Shown: one piece after another, positions 22,213 through 33,384 of the stretch
Layout of the letters: every line of letters begins with the position of its first letter
Position numbering within the stretch: position 1 is the stretch's first letter
Source of the DNA: Gammaproteobacteria bacterium
Lineage (GTDB): Bacteria > Pseudomonadota > Gammaproteobacteria > Eutrophobiales > Eutrophobiaceae
Length of the DNA: 64,000 nt
NCBI GenBank assembly: GCA_963422205.2
Contig: CAXMWX010000012.1
Location: 32,001 to 96,000 of the forward strand
Reading direction: 5' to 3'
The notes under the pieces: generated by a model
Told to the model about the DNA's origin: nothing
What the model saw: only the letters and a program-made list of their open reading frames with translations
Database searches by the model: none
Made by a program: the position numbers and the translations under genes

Positions 22213-23589
22213 TTACAGCAGCCCAAAGACAAGCACACAGCCCACCCCCAGCACCGCCGGATAGCGAGTTAAGACATCCCAGAGACGATACGCCTGATCA
22301 CTTTTGATGCCTATCTCCTGTCGTAACAGCTTGTGCGACATCACCCAACCGGCAAACACAGCGATCAAAAAAGCGGTAAGCGGCAGTAAGATACTGGAAA
22401 CCGAATATTCAATGATGCCAAAGACAGACTTGCCGGCATACAGCGGAATAAACGCCAGGGGCTTGATATCTTCCCAATGGTTAAAAGACAGCACAGAGGC
22501 CAGGCTGATCAACCAGACGATGCTCCCGGTCAGGGCGGTCATCTTCAACCGCCGATACCCTTTATCTTCCAAGTAGGCGATGAATGGCTCCAACATGGCA
22601 AGCGATGAGCTGAAGGCGGCAAAAAATACCAGCACAAAGAACAGCGTGCTGAAGAAGTGCCCGCCCGGCATGTGGCCCAAGGCCAGGGGCAGGGTCTCAA
22701 ACATCAGGCCCGGGCCGCTGGTCGGATCCAGGCCAGCAACGAACACAATGGGAAAAATCGCCAGCCCGGCCAGCAAGGCAGCCAGCGTATCACAGCCAGC
22801 GATCAGACAACTCGGCCCGACGATACGCATGTCTCTGGCAAGGTAAGCACCATAAGTGAGCAAGGCACCCGTGCCGACCGAGATGGAAAATAACGCCTGC
22901 CCCAGGGCCTCCAGCATACTCTGCCAGGTGAGCCGGGAGAAATCCGGCAAGAACATAAATTCCCATGCCGCTGCCGGGTCGCCCTCAATATGCCCATAGA
23001 TGACCAGCAAGACGATCATAACGAACAAGGCCGGCATCATAAAGCTGGTGACCGATTCGATCCCTTTTTTAATGCCTTTGCCGACGATATACACAGTGGC
23101 CGCAAGATACAGGCTGCTCCAAAAAACCAACCGCAGGGGAGAGGCCAGCAACTCGGCAAACTGCTCGCCCGCCGCCCCGGCAGAGATATTGACGAATCTG
23201 CCCTGCACTGCATGGTAGATATAATCCAGCGACCAACCGGCCACAACGGCATAAAACGTGAGCGTGATCAGCGGCGTCAACGTACTCAACCAGCCGATAA
23301 CAACCCAGAAACGGCGATGCCCCCCCTGATTGATCAGGGCGATCAACGAGGTGATCGGGCTGCCGTCGCCACGCCTTCCCATCGCCAGCTCGGCCATCAC
23401 CAAAGGTACGCAGACGATCAGAATAATTGCCAGATAAACGATGATGAAGGCACCGCCGCCGTTCTCACCGGCAACATAAGGAAAACGCCACAGATTGCCC
23501 AGGCCGATGGAAGCACCGACCATGGCAAAGAAAAACGTCAGCCGGGACGACCACTGGCGGTTATTACGCACGTCAGCCTGCGTTATCAT
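22213..23589 (-). CDS. Sodium-dependent transporter, neurotransmitter:sodium symporter (NSS) family
   Basis: WSSRLTF, GASIGLGNLWRFPYVAGENGGGAF, GPGLMF. Confidence 0.93.
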   Translation of the reverse strand: MITQADVRNNRQWSSRLTFFFAMVGASIGLGNLWRFPYVAGENGGGAFIIVYLAIILIVCVPLVMAELAMGRRGDGSPITSLIALINQGGHRRFWVVIGWLSTLTPLITLTFYAVVAGWSLDYIYHAVQGRFVNISAGAAGEQFAELLASPLRLVFWSSLYLAATVYIVGKGIKKGIESVTSFMMPALFVMIVLLVIYGHIEGDPAAAWEFMFLPDFSRLTWQSMLEALGQALFSISVGTGALLTYGAYLARDMRIVGPSCLIAGCDTLAALLAGLAIFPIVFVAGLDPTSGPGLMFETLPLALGHMPGGHFFSTLFFVLVFFAAFSSSLAMLEPFIAYLEDKGYRRLKMTALTGSIVWLISLASVLSFNHWEDIKPLAFIPLYAGKSVFGIIEYSVSSILLPLTAFLIAVFAGWVMSHKLLRQEIGIKSDQAYRLWDVLTRYPAVLGVGCVLVFGLL

Positions 23590-24553
23590 CTGCGGTTAAG
23601 TGTGCCAGGGTTGGGGTATGGTGTTCGGGAATAATCGCGCCGGGGAATTGGATAACCTGCGCTGAGAGTCGTTGTGCGGCGGCAATCGCTGTGGCGATAT
23701 CATAACCGCCAAGGCGGGCTGAAATATACGCGGCATTGAATGAATCCCCGGCGGCGGTGGTGTCCTGCACAGCATGTTGTGCTGGCTGTTTGACAGGGTA
23801 CGTCTGCTGTGCATCTGTGGTCTTTACTGTACACGGTTCAGCACCGTTTTTCACTACGATTTCCGGCACGCCAAGGCTGGCGATGCGCTCGGCGGTCGCC
23901 AGGGGCGAGCTATCGGCAAAGACCGCCGACTCATCGGCATAACTGACCAGCGCCAGGCTGACATAAGGATACAACCCGGCATAAGCACAGCGCGCCTCCT
24001 GCACGCTTGACCACAGCACAGGACGGTAGTTTGAGTCAAACACGATGCTGACATGGGCGGCATGTAGCCGTTTCACCAAATCATACAACTGCTCGCGCTC
24101 GGCCTGGCTGAGAATCGCCATGGATATGCCGGAGAGATAAAACAGCGTATAGCCTTGCAATGCGGCAGACAGGCGGGCGCTGCTGGTTGCACGGAACAAG
24201 TCCCGGACGGCCGCCGCTGTTCGATCATAGTGAAAGCCCCGCTCGCCATCAGCCGCCGTGACGATGGTATAACGGCCCGGCGCCTTGCCCGCAATGCAGC
24301 TCACCAGGGCGGTGTCTATCCCCATCAGCTGCCAGGCCGCCAGCATATCCCGGCTGATGGCATCATCGCCCAGGGCGGTGATGTAGCTGATCTTCGCCTC
24401 GGTGGCCGCCAGCAAACGGCGCAGATACACCGCCGTGTTGCAGGTATCCCCGGCATAGGCATGAGGCACATCGGGGGCAGCGGCCAGATACTCCACCATA
24501 CACTCACCCAACAGCGCAAGGCGAGCGGGCTTATCGTTGGCGAAATTGATCAT
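23573..24553 (-). CDS. kdgK: PfkB sugar kinase, 2-keto-3-deoxygluconate kinase
   Basis: LGECMVE, AGDTCNTAVYL, FDSNYRP, DTTAAGDSFNAAY. Confidence 0.85.
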   Translation of the reverse strand: MINFANDKPARLALLGECMVEYLAAAPDVPHAYAGDTCNTAVYLRRLLAATEAKISYITALGDDAISRDMLAAWQLMGIDTALVSCIAGKAPGRYTIVTAADGERGFHYDRTAAAVRDLFRATSSARLSAALQGYTLFYLSGISMAILSQAEREQLYDLVKRLHAAHVSIVFDSNYRPVLWSSVQEARCAYAGLYPYVSLALVSYADESAVFADSSPLATAERIASLGVPEIVVKNGAEPCTVKTTDAQQTYPVKQPAQHAVQDTTAAGDSFNAAYISARLGGYDIATAIAAAQRLSAQVIQFPGAIIPEHHTPTLAHLTADDNAG

Positions 24554-24700
24554 GGAAGCGAGCTGTCTGGATGGACATCAGGGCGGTAGATTCACTGTGG
24601 GGTTAAATACAGGGATGGGTATTGTATCAAGATGGGGCCGCATTGATTCACCTGCAACCTTGACCAGCACGACAAGACAGGGCTTTGCAGTCTGTGCGCT

Positions 24701-25834
24701 TTAGCTCAAGAACCGGGTCAATGCCACGCCAATAAAAGTTGCGATCACATAACCAAAGATGCCGCACATGATCCCCGGCATGATGAGATCACGCCAGCCC
24801 CTGGAGATGGCAATGGCCGCCGTCACTGTAGGGCCGACCAGGGCAGCACCGGAGGCAACGATCGCCTCGGCCAGGTCAATCTTGAAAAACTTCGCCACCA
24901 CCAGCACCACCCCTAAGTGAAACAGGATGATAAACATCCCGTAAATAAACAGGATAAAGGCTTCGCCTAAAAACCGGGTTGCATCTGTGCCCGCCCCCGC
25001 CACGGCAAAAAACAGATACATCATCAGTATGCCCAGTTCAAAATCGCCCTCCAGTTTATTCAAAATCGTCGGGATCATGTTGACGATGATAATGGTCAAC
25101 ACGGTGATGAACAATATCTTGTACTGCCCAAGCCCCAGCCCCGCCGCCATATAATCGGCCAGCGCACAAATAACAAAACTCAGGGCGATCGCACCGCTGA
25201 TGTGCGTCAATTTCATGGCTGGCAGCTTAACGGCGATCAGGCTGGTCTGTTGCTGATTATCCAGCGAAGCCAGCGTTTTCGAGGGAATGTGCTTGAGAAA
25301 AAATGTCATCGAGGGGATGGCCAGCAAGCAGACCAGGGCGAAAATACTGACAAAGCTGCTGGCACCGATGGCCACGCTGAACTGCTGTGGCGTCATCTCC
25401 ACCGCCTGGGAGACCGCCAGAAAATTCACCGCCCCGCCTATCCAGCCGCCCGTATACACCCCGGCCACCTTCGGCCCTATCTCGCCCAGATCGATCAAAT
25501 AAAATCCCAATACCGCCCCCAGCACGGTGGCAAAACTGGCGATGCAAAAGGTGAGCATCACCATGCCGCTTTCCTGGAAAATCTTGCGTAAGTCGGCCTT
25601 GAATAACAACAACGGTATCGCCAGGGGCACCAGAGTCCCGCCCACCAGATCATAGGCAGGGGCGGCCAGCGGGATGATACGGACGTTGGACAGAACCATG
25701 GCAATCGTCAGCACCCACACCACCCCGGAGGTCTTTTTCCCTATCGGCAGGCCATCTATCCAGAAACCCAGCCAGGCCAGCCCGAACAGCACAGCACCGA
25801 TGGCAAAGGTGTTATCGGCGGGGATGAGGGGCAT
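24701..25834 (-). CDS. DUF819 family membrane protein
   Basis: VPLAIPLLLF, WIGGAVNF, about 10 TM segments, LVGPT. Confidence 0.75.
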   Translation of the reverse strand: MPLIPADNTFAIGAVLFGLAWLGFWIDGLPIGKKTSGVVWVLTIAMVLSNVRIIPLAAPAYDLVGGTLVPLAIPLLLFKADLRKIFQESGMVMLTFCIASFATVLGAVLGFYLIDLGEIGPKVAGVYTGGWIGGAVNFLAVSQAVEMTPQQFSVAIGASSFVSIFALVCLLAIPSMTFFLKHIPSKTLASLDNQQQTSLIAVKLPAMKLTHISGAIALSFVICALADYMAAGLGLGQYKILFITVLTIIIVNMIPTILNKLEGDFELGILMMYLFFAVAGAGTDATRFLGEAFILFIYGMFIILFHLGVVLVVAKFFKIDLAEAIVASGAALVGPTVTAAIAISRGWRDLIMPGIMCGIFGYVIATFIGVALTRFLS

Positions 25835-26249
25835 CGGGAAAACGCAGAGTCAACGTATCGAAAAAAGGCGGCATAGTAACGACCTCAGTTATCAGCGGTG
25901 CGATGCTGGATGTGCCTCTTAACTGGCGCAATCGGGCAGCAACTTAAAGATACTGCTTAATATAATTGTTCAGCAAACCGACAAACAGTGCCAGTAATGC
26001 GCCGCAGCGCTCTCTGCTCATCATGCGCCCTGACTTCTGCCTTTCCTGGTAAATCCCTGCTATCTTCAAACCCTCGGGGTTCATGATTTACCTGCTCATC
26101 ATCTGCTGCCAGCGGGTTATGAGGGAGATAATTTTAGCCGCCATCCTCTTGCTGGCAATTATGGATAGTTGATTCGCCACGCGGATCCGTGCGGCCAACA
26201 GCCCCTTGAAATGATCCTAAGAACGGCATGACAGTGATAGCCATGATAT

Positions 26250-26483
26250 TCAAAGAACGGCTTTTAGGTATGGGATAATTTCGACCAAAATGACCAGGCC
26301 AATCATCCATTTGATCAAGCGCTGGTCTGCTCTTAACTCTTGAAGCTCAAATTTCAGGCCAGAGATATCAGACTTGGTCGCCACGCTTTCAGTCGCTATG
26401 GCCTCAGCCGCTGCACGCGCCTTGTCTTCGGCTATACCGACAGAGCGGAAGGCATTATAAACTTCCGAAATCATTGTAGCCAT
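26250..26483 (-). CDS. Small CCDC90/DUF1640-like coiled-coil membrane-anchored protein
   Basis: MATMISEVYNAFRSVGIAEDKARAAAEAI..VATKSDI..LIKWMIG, the head-neck-stalk-anchor pattern; 77 aa. Confidence 0.65.
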   Translation of the reverse strand: MATMISEVYNAFRSVGIAEDKARAAAEAIATESVATKSDISGLKFELQELRADQRLIKWMIGLVILVEIIPYLKAVL

Positions 26484-26829
26484 AAAAGCCAGTCCCACCA
26501 TGTAAACAAGCACACCACAGCATAATGGTAACCGCCCCGGCTGGCAATAATGGGTTGACGATATATCATCACTACCTGCGGTGCGCCTTAGTCTGGCATC
26601 CCGGCAAGCGAGACTGCCTGCCGATAAAGCCAGGCACCTGGTATTGTCGGCAAACACAGATCTTAAAAATACGCCCCCACGACAACATCGCCCGCACTCG
26701 GCAACTGCCAATCAGCAGCATTGCCTGGCTCGCGCGTCCCTGCACCGCAGCGTACCGCACATCCTGTGCTGTGCATTGCACATAAACATCAGGGGCGGCC
26801 TGGATAGGCCGCCCAATCAACTGCCCCGG

Positions 26830-29283
26830 CTAAATCCCGCCAAAGCTGTAGCTGACATTGGCGCCGTATATCCGCGGGTGCGGTCTTAATCTGAAACCAC
26901 TCAAGCCGAAGTCTTCCTGGGTGCCGGTGTAGTAATCCTCTTCAAAGAGGTTCTCAATGAACAGCGTCACTGACAAACCTTCGCTGTACTCATAACCGGC
27001 GCGCAGGTTGACGACATTATAAGACGGCGCCACATACGGAAAGCCGCTGGGGTTGGCCGGCACAAAGCCCGTGCCAGCGGGCGTGACCCTGCCGCTGGTC
27101 TGTGTATAGGTGGCGCCTTCAATATCCGTGGTCTGCGAATCCCGATAGATGTAGTCGGCGCGGAACCAGGCTTCCCCCAATCCCACGGGCTGGCGGTATT
27201 CCGCCGAGACGGTGGCCGTCCACTCCGGCGAGCGCGGCAAGGTGACGCCTTTCAGATCCACCGGAAAACTGGCCTTGATCTGAACGGTTTGATCACTGGT
27301 GATCTCCGCATCCAGATAGCCCACCGCTGCCGAGAAGCTGAGGCGATCGCTAATGGCCGCCAGCGTCTCCACTTCAAAGCCGTAGGCCCTGGCATCTTCG
27401 ACATTGATCACAAACTCGGCATTGGAGGTCAAATCCCCCGGCGTCAGGAAACGAAATGACTCCAGTTGCAGGTTGTTCCAGTCCAGATAAAAGCCGGCGG
27501 CATTGACGCGCAGGCGGTTATCCAGCCACTCAGATTTGAAGCCCACTTCATAATTCCACAGGGTCTCTTTTTCATAGGGACTGCTCAACAGGCGCCGGTC
27601 TAATGCCGGATCGCTATTACCCCCGGCATTATTTAACGCCGTCCCCCCAGCCTTGTAGCCCTTGGAGATGTTGGCGTAGACGCCGACATCATCCGTGATC
27701 TGATACTGGGCGACAAAGCGCGGGGCAAAGTCGCTGAAATCACGCTCGGCCACGCCACTGGGACGCAGATCCCCGGCATTGGTGGTGACACGCCGGTTGG
27801 AGCGCGTTTGTGTGACCGTCTCATCGGTGTAGCGAAAGCCGAAGGTCAGATCCAGCGCCTCGGTCGCACGCCAGGTGAAGTCAGAGAAAATGGCGAAACC
27901 CTCGGTCTGGTAAATCTTGGTCACGCAGGCCAAGCAGATAGGTGGTGCGCCTACTCTACCGGGGAGACCGATCACAAAAGCCGGTGCCCGATTCATTCCC
28001 GTACCCGTCAACGGCCCGAATACCGGGCCAGTGGCCTGCACGCCATCGATGCGGTTGATGATGTCATCGGCATACAGGCCGCCGATGATCAGATCATAGC
28101 GCTCGGCGCTGATCTCGGTACGTAATTCGGTACTCCAGGAAGTGGCGTCAATTTCATTCTCGCGCAACAGGCCGGTCGAGCCGCCCAGGAGATCGTTATC
28201 AAACAGGCGGCTGTTGGTAGCACCGATGATGCCGGTCACGGATTTCACCACAAACCCATCGGCCAGCTCATGGGCAATATTCAAAACTCCTAAGGTGGTG
28301 GTGTTTTTGTTGTGTTCGTCCAGGTCGCGGCTGGTCTTGTTATAGTTGCCGGTCTGCCAGTTCCCAATCGGTGCGCCATTGATAATATTGGCATCCACCG
28401 GTGCGGTTAAGGGACTGGTGCTATTGTTGTTACAACCAGTCGCCGCCCCGTTACAGCCCAAACCAAAGCTGCTAACCGTATCAATATCCCACACACCGGA
28501 GGGGACGTTCTCATCGGTGCCCTGATCCTCATCGGCGTGCATGATAAGGAAATTCACCTCCGTGGTGTCGCCGAGGGTATAGGCAAAGTTCAGTCGACCG
28601 ACAAAATAATCATGGCCGCTGTTATTGCCGCCCGGGTTGACGTTCTCCACCAGGCCGGTGCTGTCCTCATAATAAGCCACCGCCCTGAACCCAAACCGCT
28701 CCGTCACCGGCACATTCAGCACGGTGGTAACGCCAAACTGCTCGCCCGCGCTCTCGAATGACTCACCGCTGACAGAAATCTTGGCGCCCACCTCATCCGT
28801 GGGTTTACGGGTGGTCAGGTTCAGGGCGCCGCCGACGGCATTGCGACCGAAGTACGTCCCTTGCGGGCCACGCAACACCTCAATCCGCTCAATGTCCTGC
28901 AACTGCGGGTTGGCGACACCCGTCGGCACCGAGGCCACGCTGAAGCCATCAATGTAGACGCCGATGGAGTTGACGAAGCTGTTCTCATCCGTGACATTGT
29001 TGGTGACCCCACGCACCCCTATGCCGAGACCCCGTGAACCAACGGAGAAACCTTCCGTAAACGACACATTCGGCGTTAAGGCCAGATAATCGGCGGCCTC
29101 GTTGACATTGGCCTGCTCCAGGCGCGCACCGGTGAAGGCCGTGACACTGACCGGCACATCTTGTAATGATTGCTCGCGGCGTTGTGCCGTTACAACAATT
29201 TCTTCCAGAGCGATTTGCGGGTAGGCTGGCATGGCCAGGCAGACCGCCAATATACCAAGAATACAACGGGAATAGTTGATCAT
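26830..29283 (-). CDS. TonB-dependent outer-membrane receptor
   Basis: Signal peptide, EEIVVTAQRRE TonB box, IERIEVLRGPQGTYFGRNAVGG, ENLFEEDY, C-terminal YSF. Confidence 0.95.
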   Translation of the reverse strand: MINYSRCILGILAVCLAMPAYPQIALEEIVVTAQRREQSLQDVPVSVTAFTGARLEQANVNEAADYLALTPNVSFTEGFSVGSRGLGIGVRGVTNNVTDENSFVNSIGVYIDGFSVASVPTGVANPQLQDIERIEVLRGPQGTYFGRNAVGGALNLTTRKPTDEVGAKISVSGESFESAGEQFGVTTVLNVPVTERFGFRAVAYYEDSTGLVENVNPGGNNSGHDYFVGRLNFAYTLGDTTEVNFLIMHADEDQGTDENVPSGVWDIDTVSSFGLGCNGAATGCNNNSTSPLTAPVDANIINGAPIGNWQTGNYNKTSRDLDEHNKNTTTLGVLNIAHELADGFVVKSVTGIIGATNSRLFDNDLLGGSTGLLRENEIDATSWSTELRTEISAERYDLIIGGLYADDIINRIDGVQATGPVFGPLTGTGMNRAPAFVIGLPGRVGAPPICLACVTKIYQTEGFAIFSDFTWRATEALDLTFGFRYTDETVTQTRSNRRVTTNAGDLRPSGVAERDFSDFAPRFVAQYQITDDVGVYANISKGYKAGGTALNNAGGNSDPALDRRLLSSPYEKETLWNYEVGFKSEWLDNRLRVNAAGFYLDWNNLQLESFRFLTPGDLTSNAEFVINVEDARAYGFEVETLAAISDRLSFSAAVGYLDAEITSDQTVQIKASFPVDLKGVTLPRSPEWTATVSAEYRQPVGLGEAWFRADYIYRDSQTTDIEGATYTQTSGRVTPAGTGFVPANPSGFPYVAPSYNVVNLRAGYEYSEGLSVTLFIENLFEEDYYTGTQEDFGLSGFRLRPHPRIYGANVSYSFGGI

Positions 29284-29649
29284 TTTTTTATGCCCCTGAA
29301 CCTGAGGTTCATTATGGTGAATTGGAATGTAAGTCCTGACAGGCACTTACAAAATTCGATGGGCGTGATTTAAGGGGAAATCAGCGCCCCTGTCAAGCAG
29401 TTCATGCCCGATGATACCAGGAAGCCATATCCCGCCCAGAGAACAAACCAGTACATTTTCTGTGGTATTTATGCAACTAAGATGGCGTGGGTTAGAATAG
29501 CGGTTGAATCACGCCCGTTAAATAATCAATAGCGTAGAGAAACGAAAGCCAAACATGGTAGTCGGCGCATACGGCGCTTTGTTATTCAGGGTTGGTCATG
29601 TGTTATCATTTCGGGAGAGGTTGGGTAAAAACATACCAGCGACATCGCT

Positions 29650-30006
29650 ATGAAATCAGACCAACAAGAGCAGCAATCTTTTTGGCAAATCTTTGCCTCG
29701 CTCTGGCTCAAGGAACTTCCCGAAGGGAAAGAATTAGGGCTGCTGATGCGATGGTTTATTGCCGCATCTGGAACATTTAGCTTCATAATCGTCTACTCTC
29801 TACTTGATCCTGATATTATTAGCACCCTCTATGTGGTAGATATTGTTATGACACTCTTAATATTATCGATATCTGTCTTCCTTGGATTCATCCTGGCATG
29901 GAAACGTGAAAAGGCAGGGCCGGTTCGCTTGTATATCTGGAGTCGCCCTGCCCTCTCTTGTACTTGTTTTTGTACGCCTCTCCAAAGCCCGCTAATCGGT
30001 AACTGA
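29650..30006 (+). CDS. Hypothetical membrane protein, AT-rich; probable frameshift near 29937
   Basis: Two TM helices; an alternative frame continues GVALPSLVLVFVRLSKAR* (stop 29995), giving a third TM. Confidence 0.55.
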   Translation: MKSDQQEQQSFWQIFASLWLKELPEGKELGLLMRWFIAASGTFSFIIVYSLLDPDIISTLYVVDIVMTLLILSISVFLGFILAWKREKAGPVRLYIWSRPALSCTCFCTPLQSPLIGN

Positions 30007-30008
30007 CT

Positions 30009-30623
30009 ATGCCATCAAAAAACAGAGGGATTTATATTACTTTCGTGCTCGCTTCCCTGTTCTCTGCGGGTGCGTTTTCCGAATACCCCTTAAATCAAGA
30101 AAGACAGCTGGATTTTGGACAGTTTTCAACCGTGGTTGCTGTAGACGAACTCAACTTCATGGACAAGTTGAAATTAGCCACCATGGAAATTGTAAAAGCA
30201 CCGGCAGCAGAGCGGATCGTATTTTTATATAAATACAGTGCAGAGGATATTAAGAATATTAATTGTTCGGATTATGAACTGGGCAAACTTGGTAAACTCG
30301 GTAGTTACCGCGCTCTGCTCGTTCGCCCCACCCAGAATAACGGCGAGCCTAAATGGCGCGAAGTCTCTTTTGCCAATTCCTGTAACCTGCAAAAAGAACT
30401 GCAAAAAATCATAGACACTCTTTCGGATGAAGCAGGATGGCTTCCCGTGCAAGATAAAAAGCTGGAATCAATAATTAATACCGAAAATGCCACAAAAAAT
30501 AATGCCCCTGATATTGATATTATTCTCACCAAACCACTCTCTTCAGGACATCTCCAGCAATACTTCGCCGAGTGTAAGCCGGGGGAGACGGGCGCAACGC
30601 TTTGCGCCAGGAACAGAAACTAA
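30009..30623 (+). CDS. Hypothetical exported protein, AT-rich
   Basis: 204 aa ORF with signal-peptide-like N-terminus and four Cys; no family recognised. Confidence 0.6.
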   Translation: MPSKNRGIYITFVLASLFSAGAFSEYPLNQERQLDFGQFSTVVAVDELNFMDKLKLATMEIVKAPAAERIVFLYKYSAEDIKNINCSDYELGKLGKLGSYRALLVRPTQNNGEPKWREVSFANSCNLQKELQKIIDTLSDEAGWLPVQDKKLESIINTENATKNNAPDIDIILTKPLSSGHLQQYFAECKPGETGATLCARNRN

Positions 30624-30641
30624 GCAGGAGAGCGTACCGAT

Positions 30642-31108
30642 TTATTTGCTCAGCGCAAACATCTGATCACTACGCTCGCTGCCTCCCCTATCTGCACCAC
30701 CGCATCTTCGACTTTTGCCAGCACGCCAGCAGGCTTTCATACTCCCCGGCCATTTTCCGTTATAAGGTGCGACCCGCTGCGATGAGCGCCACCACAAAGG
30801 CGCCTCGGTCGGTGTCGGTTCACGTTCGCTCAATCCCGCTTCAGACAGGCGCCCGGCAACGCCGGTGACATTGCCTTTGCTCACCATCGCCCAGCGTGAC
30901 AACTCGCCCACCATCAAACCCCCGGTGACCCGTTCCAGGGCAGAGGGCAATTCAAAACGTGGCAGTGCCATCGCAAATTTCTCATCGCAACATGGGGCGT
31001 ATTTCCATGTCCACCGCCTCTGAACACGACATGATATACAACCCTAACCGCCGCCCTTCTTTACTCTTATCGGAATCTGTTGCACTTTGCTCTTAAACGA
31101 TCTGTCAT
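30642..31108 (-). pseudogene. Degraded MarR-family regulator
   Basis: Pieces in different frames: SKEGRRLGLYIMSC..EIRPMLR / EKFAMALPRFE..LMVGELSR..MVSKGNVTG / TDRGAFVVALIAAGRTL* (in-frame stop). Confidence 0.7.
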
Positions 31109-31230
31109 TGTTTCACCATGCTGCGCCATCCCTGTTGAACGGGGAGCGCTGGTCTCGCCAGGCAAATGGGTTTACACTTAAAATCGTCTTTGCCTAATGA
31201 AATGCAGGGCTTGCCCCTGTCAATCAGACA

Positions 31231-32326
31231 ATGAGAAAAATCATCCCGCATGCACGTGCTGTGGTGGACAGTCTCCAGCCATATCAGCAGGGGAAAAGCG
31301 CGCTTTTGGGCAGCCAGAAGCCAATCAAGCTCTCCAGCAATGAATCGGCCTACGGCCCCAGCCCGAAGGCCATCGCCGCCTATCATGACGCCGCCGCCAG
31401 CCTGTGCCGCTACCCCGATGGATCACAGCGACAATTAAGGCAGGCCATTGCCGAGACGCTTGATCTGGATAGCGAGCGGCTGGTCTGTGGCAATGGCTCA
31501 GAGGAGCTCATCGGGCTGACCATTCGCGCCTATGCAGAGCCTGACGATGCGTTGTTGTTAAGCGCAAATCACTTCATCATGTGTCCGGTCTATGGCAGGT
31601 TGCAGGGCGCCAGCATCGTCCTGGCCGCCGAGCAGAACTTCATGATGGTGGTGGATAACATCCTGGCAAAAATCAGCGATAAAACACGCCTGGTGATCAT
31701 CGCCAACCCGAACAACCCGACCGGCACCTATCTGCCCGCCAGCGAAGTCAGGCGCCTGCATGACAACCTGCCGGGCGATGTGTTGCTGCTGCTCGATGGC
31801 GCTTATGCCGAGTACGTCACGGCCGGGGATTACGATGCTGGCACGGGGCTGGTGGAGCAATATGAGAATGTGATGATCACCCGCACGTTTTCGAAGATAC
31901 ACGCCCTGCCGGCGCTGCGTATCGGCTGGGCCTACTGCCCGCCCGCCGTGGCACAGAATCTCAACAAAATCCGCACACCATTTAACGCCAACACCGCCGC
32001 CATGGCCGCCGCCGCCGCCGCCATCAAAGACACCGCATGGGTGGCCGGGGTCCAAACAGAAAAATGCCCATGAGCGTGAGCGCATGACCCATGCCTTGAG
32101 CCAGCTTGGCATACAGGTGGTGCCGAGCATGGCCAATTTTTACCTGCTGTGTTTTGATGCTGTTGCTGGCAAGACAGCACACGAGGCCGCCCGGTTTCTG
32201 GAGAGCAGGCACATCATACCCAGGCCAACCGGTGGCGGCGAGAACGATACCTTGCGTATCACCCTGGGGCTTGAGAATGAGAACACGCAAGTGATAGCGG
32301 CGCTGACCGAATACATGCAAGGATAA
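31231..32326 (+). pseudogene. hisC: Histidinol-phosphate aminotransferase-like (class I/II PLP), frameshifted at the A5 run 32060-32064
   Basis: KLSSNES, GNGSEELI, ANPNNPTG, DGAYAEY, RTFSK..LRIGW. Removing one A gives VQTENAHERERMTHAL and joins ORF 32084-32326. May be a sequencing error. Confidence 0.8.
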
Positions 32327-32396
32327 TGGCGTAACCTCATCGCCACACCCCGGACAGCCATTGACACCACAGGCGATAAAGCATTTTATAGTGACC

Positions 32397-33384
32397 ATGC
32401 CAAAGACAGCGAGAGAGATCATGCCGCCGATTCTCATTGCCCTGGCGGCAGCAGCCAGCCTGGCCACCTGCAATGTGCGGGCGCAGGACTGCACGGCCCC
32501 AACATAAACGCGCAAATCTATCTCGACAATGTGGATGTCCTCACCAGCACGCCCTCCACTGTCATAAACTCCATTCAAGTCAGTTGTACCGGGACGGCAG
32601 GGCAATCCGTCAACGTCTGCCTGGCCTTCAGCCCCCAATCCGGCATGGCACAGCCCGGCACGGGCATGAGGAACCCTCGCTATCTGAACCGCATACCCGC
32701 CCCGGGAGAAATGCCGGGGCAAGTGGCCGGGCGACTGGCCTTCAACTTCTACCAGAACCGCAACCCTACCCAGGTCTGGGGTGTACAGCGGCTGTCGGTG
32801 ATGATCGGCGCCAACGGGCTTGGCAGCGAGTCCCGCAACTTCCGGGTGAGGACGGCACCGCCGCCCTCAACGACCCCGGCCGGCTTTTATTCGGCCGCAT
32901 TCCAGTTGAACATGGCCTATAGCGATGCGGCATCGGGCGACTGCACGACCATGGCAGGAATCCGCAATTTTCCGCTCGCGGTGACGGCCAACGTGGCCAG
33001 CGGGTGCAATCTGTCCGTGATGCCGCTGGACTTCGGCACGCTAAATCACAACCTGACCGCCCGTGCTATTGACGCCACCGCACAGATTCAGGCGCATTGC
33101 ACGCTGGGCACGCCCTACCACATCGGCATGGACAAGGGCCGGGCGGGCAGCAGCCCCGCCGCACGCTTTATGCAGGGCGATGGCAGCTGGCAGGTGCGCT
33201 ATGGTATCTACCGGGACGCCGCCCGCCAAATGCCCTGGGGTGATAACAGAGAGGACAGACACGCTCCGCGGTAACTGGCTCCGGGCGGCCGCAGCTCATC
33301 CCGGCCTATGGTCGCATACCGCCACAGGAAACGCCGCCGCCCGGCATCTATACCGATAACGTAATTGTTACACTTAATTACTAG
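32397..33384 (+). pseudogene. Two-domain spore-coat-U/Csu tip adhesin (CsuE-like), frameshifted
   Basis: Signal peptide from ATG 32397 with a shift at C4 32497-32500; ORF 32531-33274 with SCPU motifs (LDFG, CTLGTPY, YRDAARQMPWG); C-terminus YGRIPPQETPPPGIYTDNVIVTLNY* in another frame. Confidence 0.72.

Noticed and set aside
26500-26711. Possible PIN/VapC remnant (RSVFADN...)
   Set aside because: The resemblance is limited to a few residues and no downstream PIN motifs follow.
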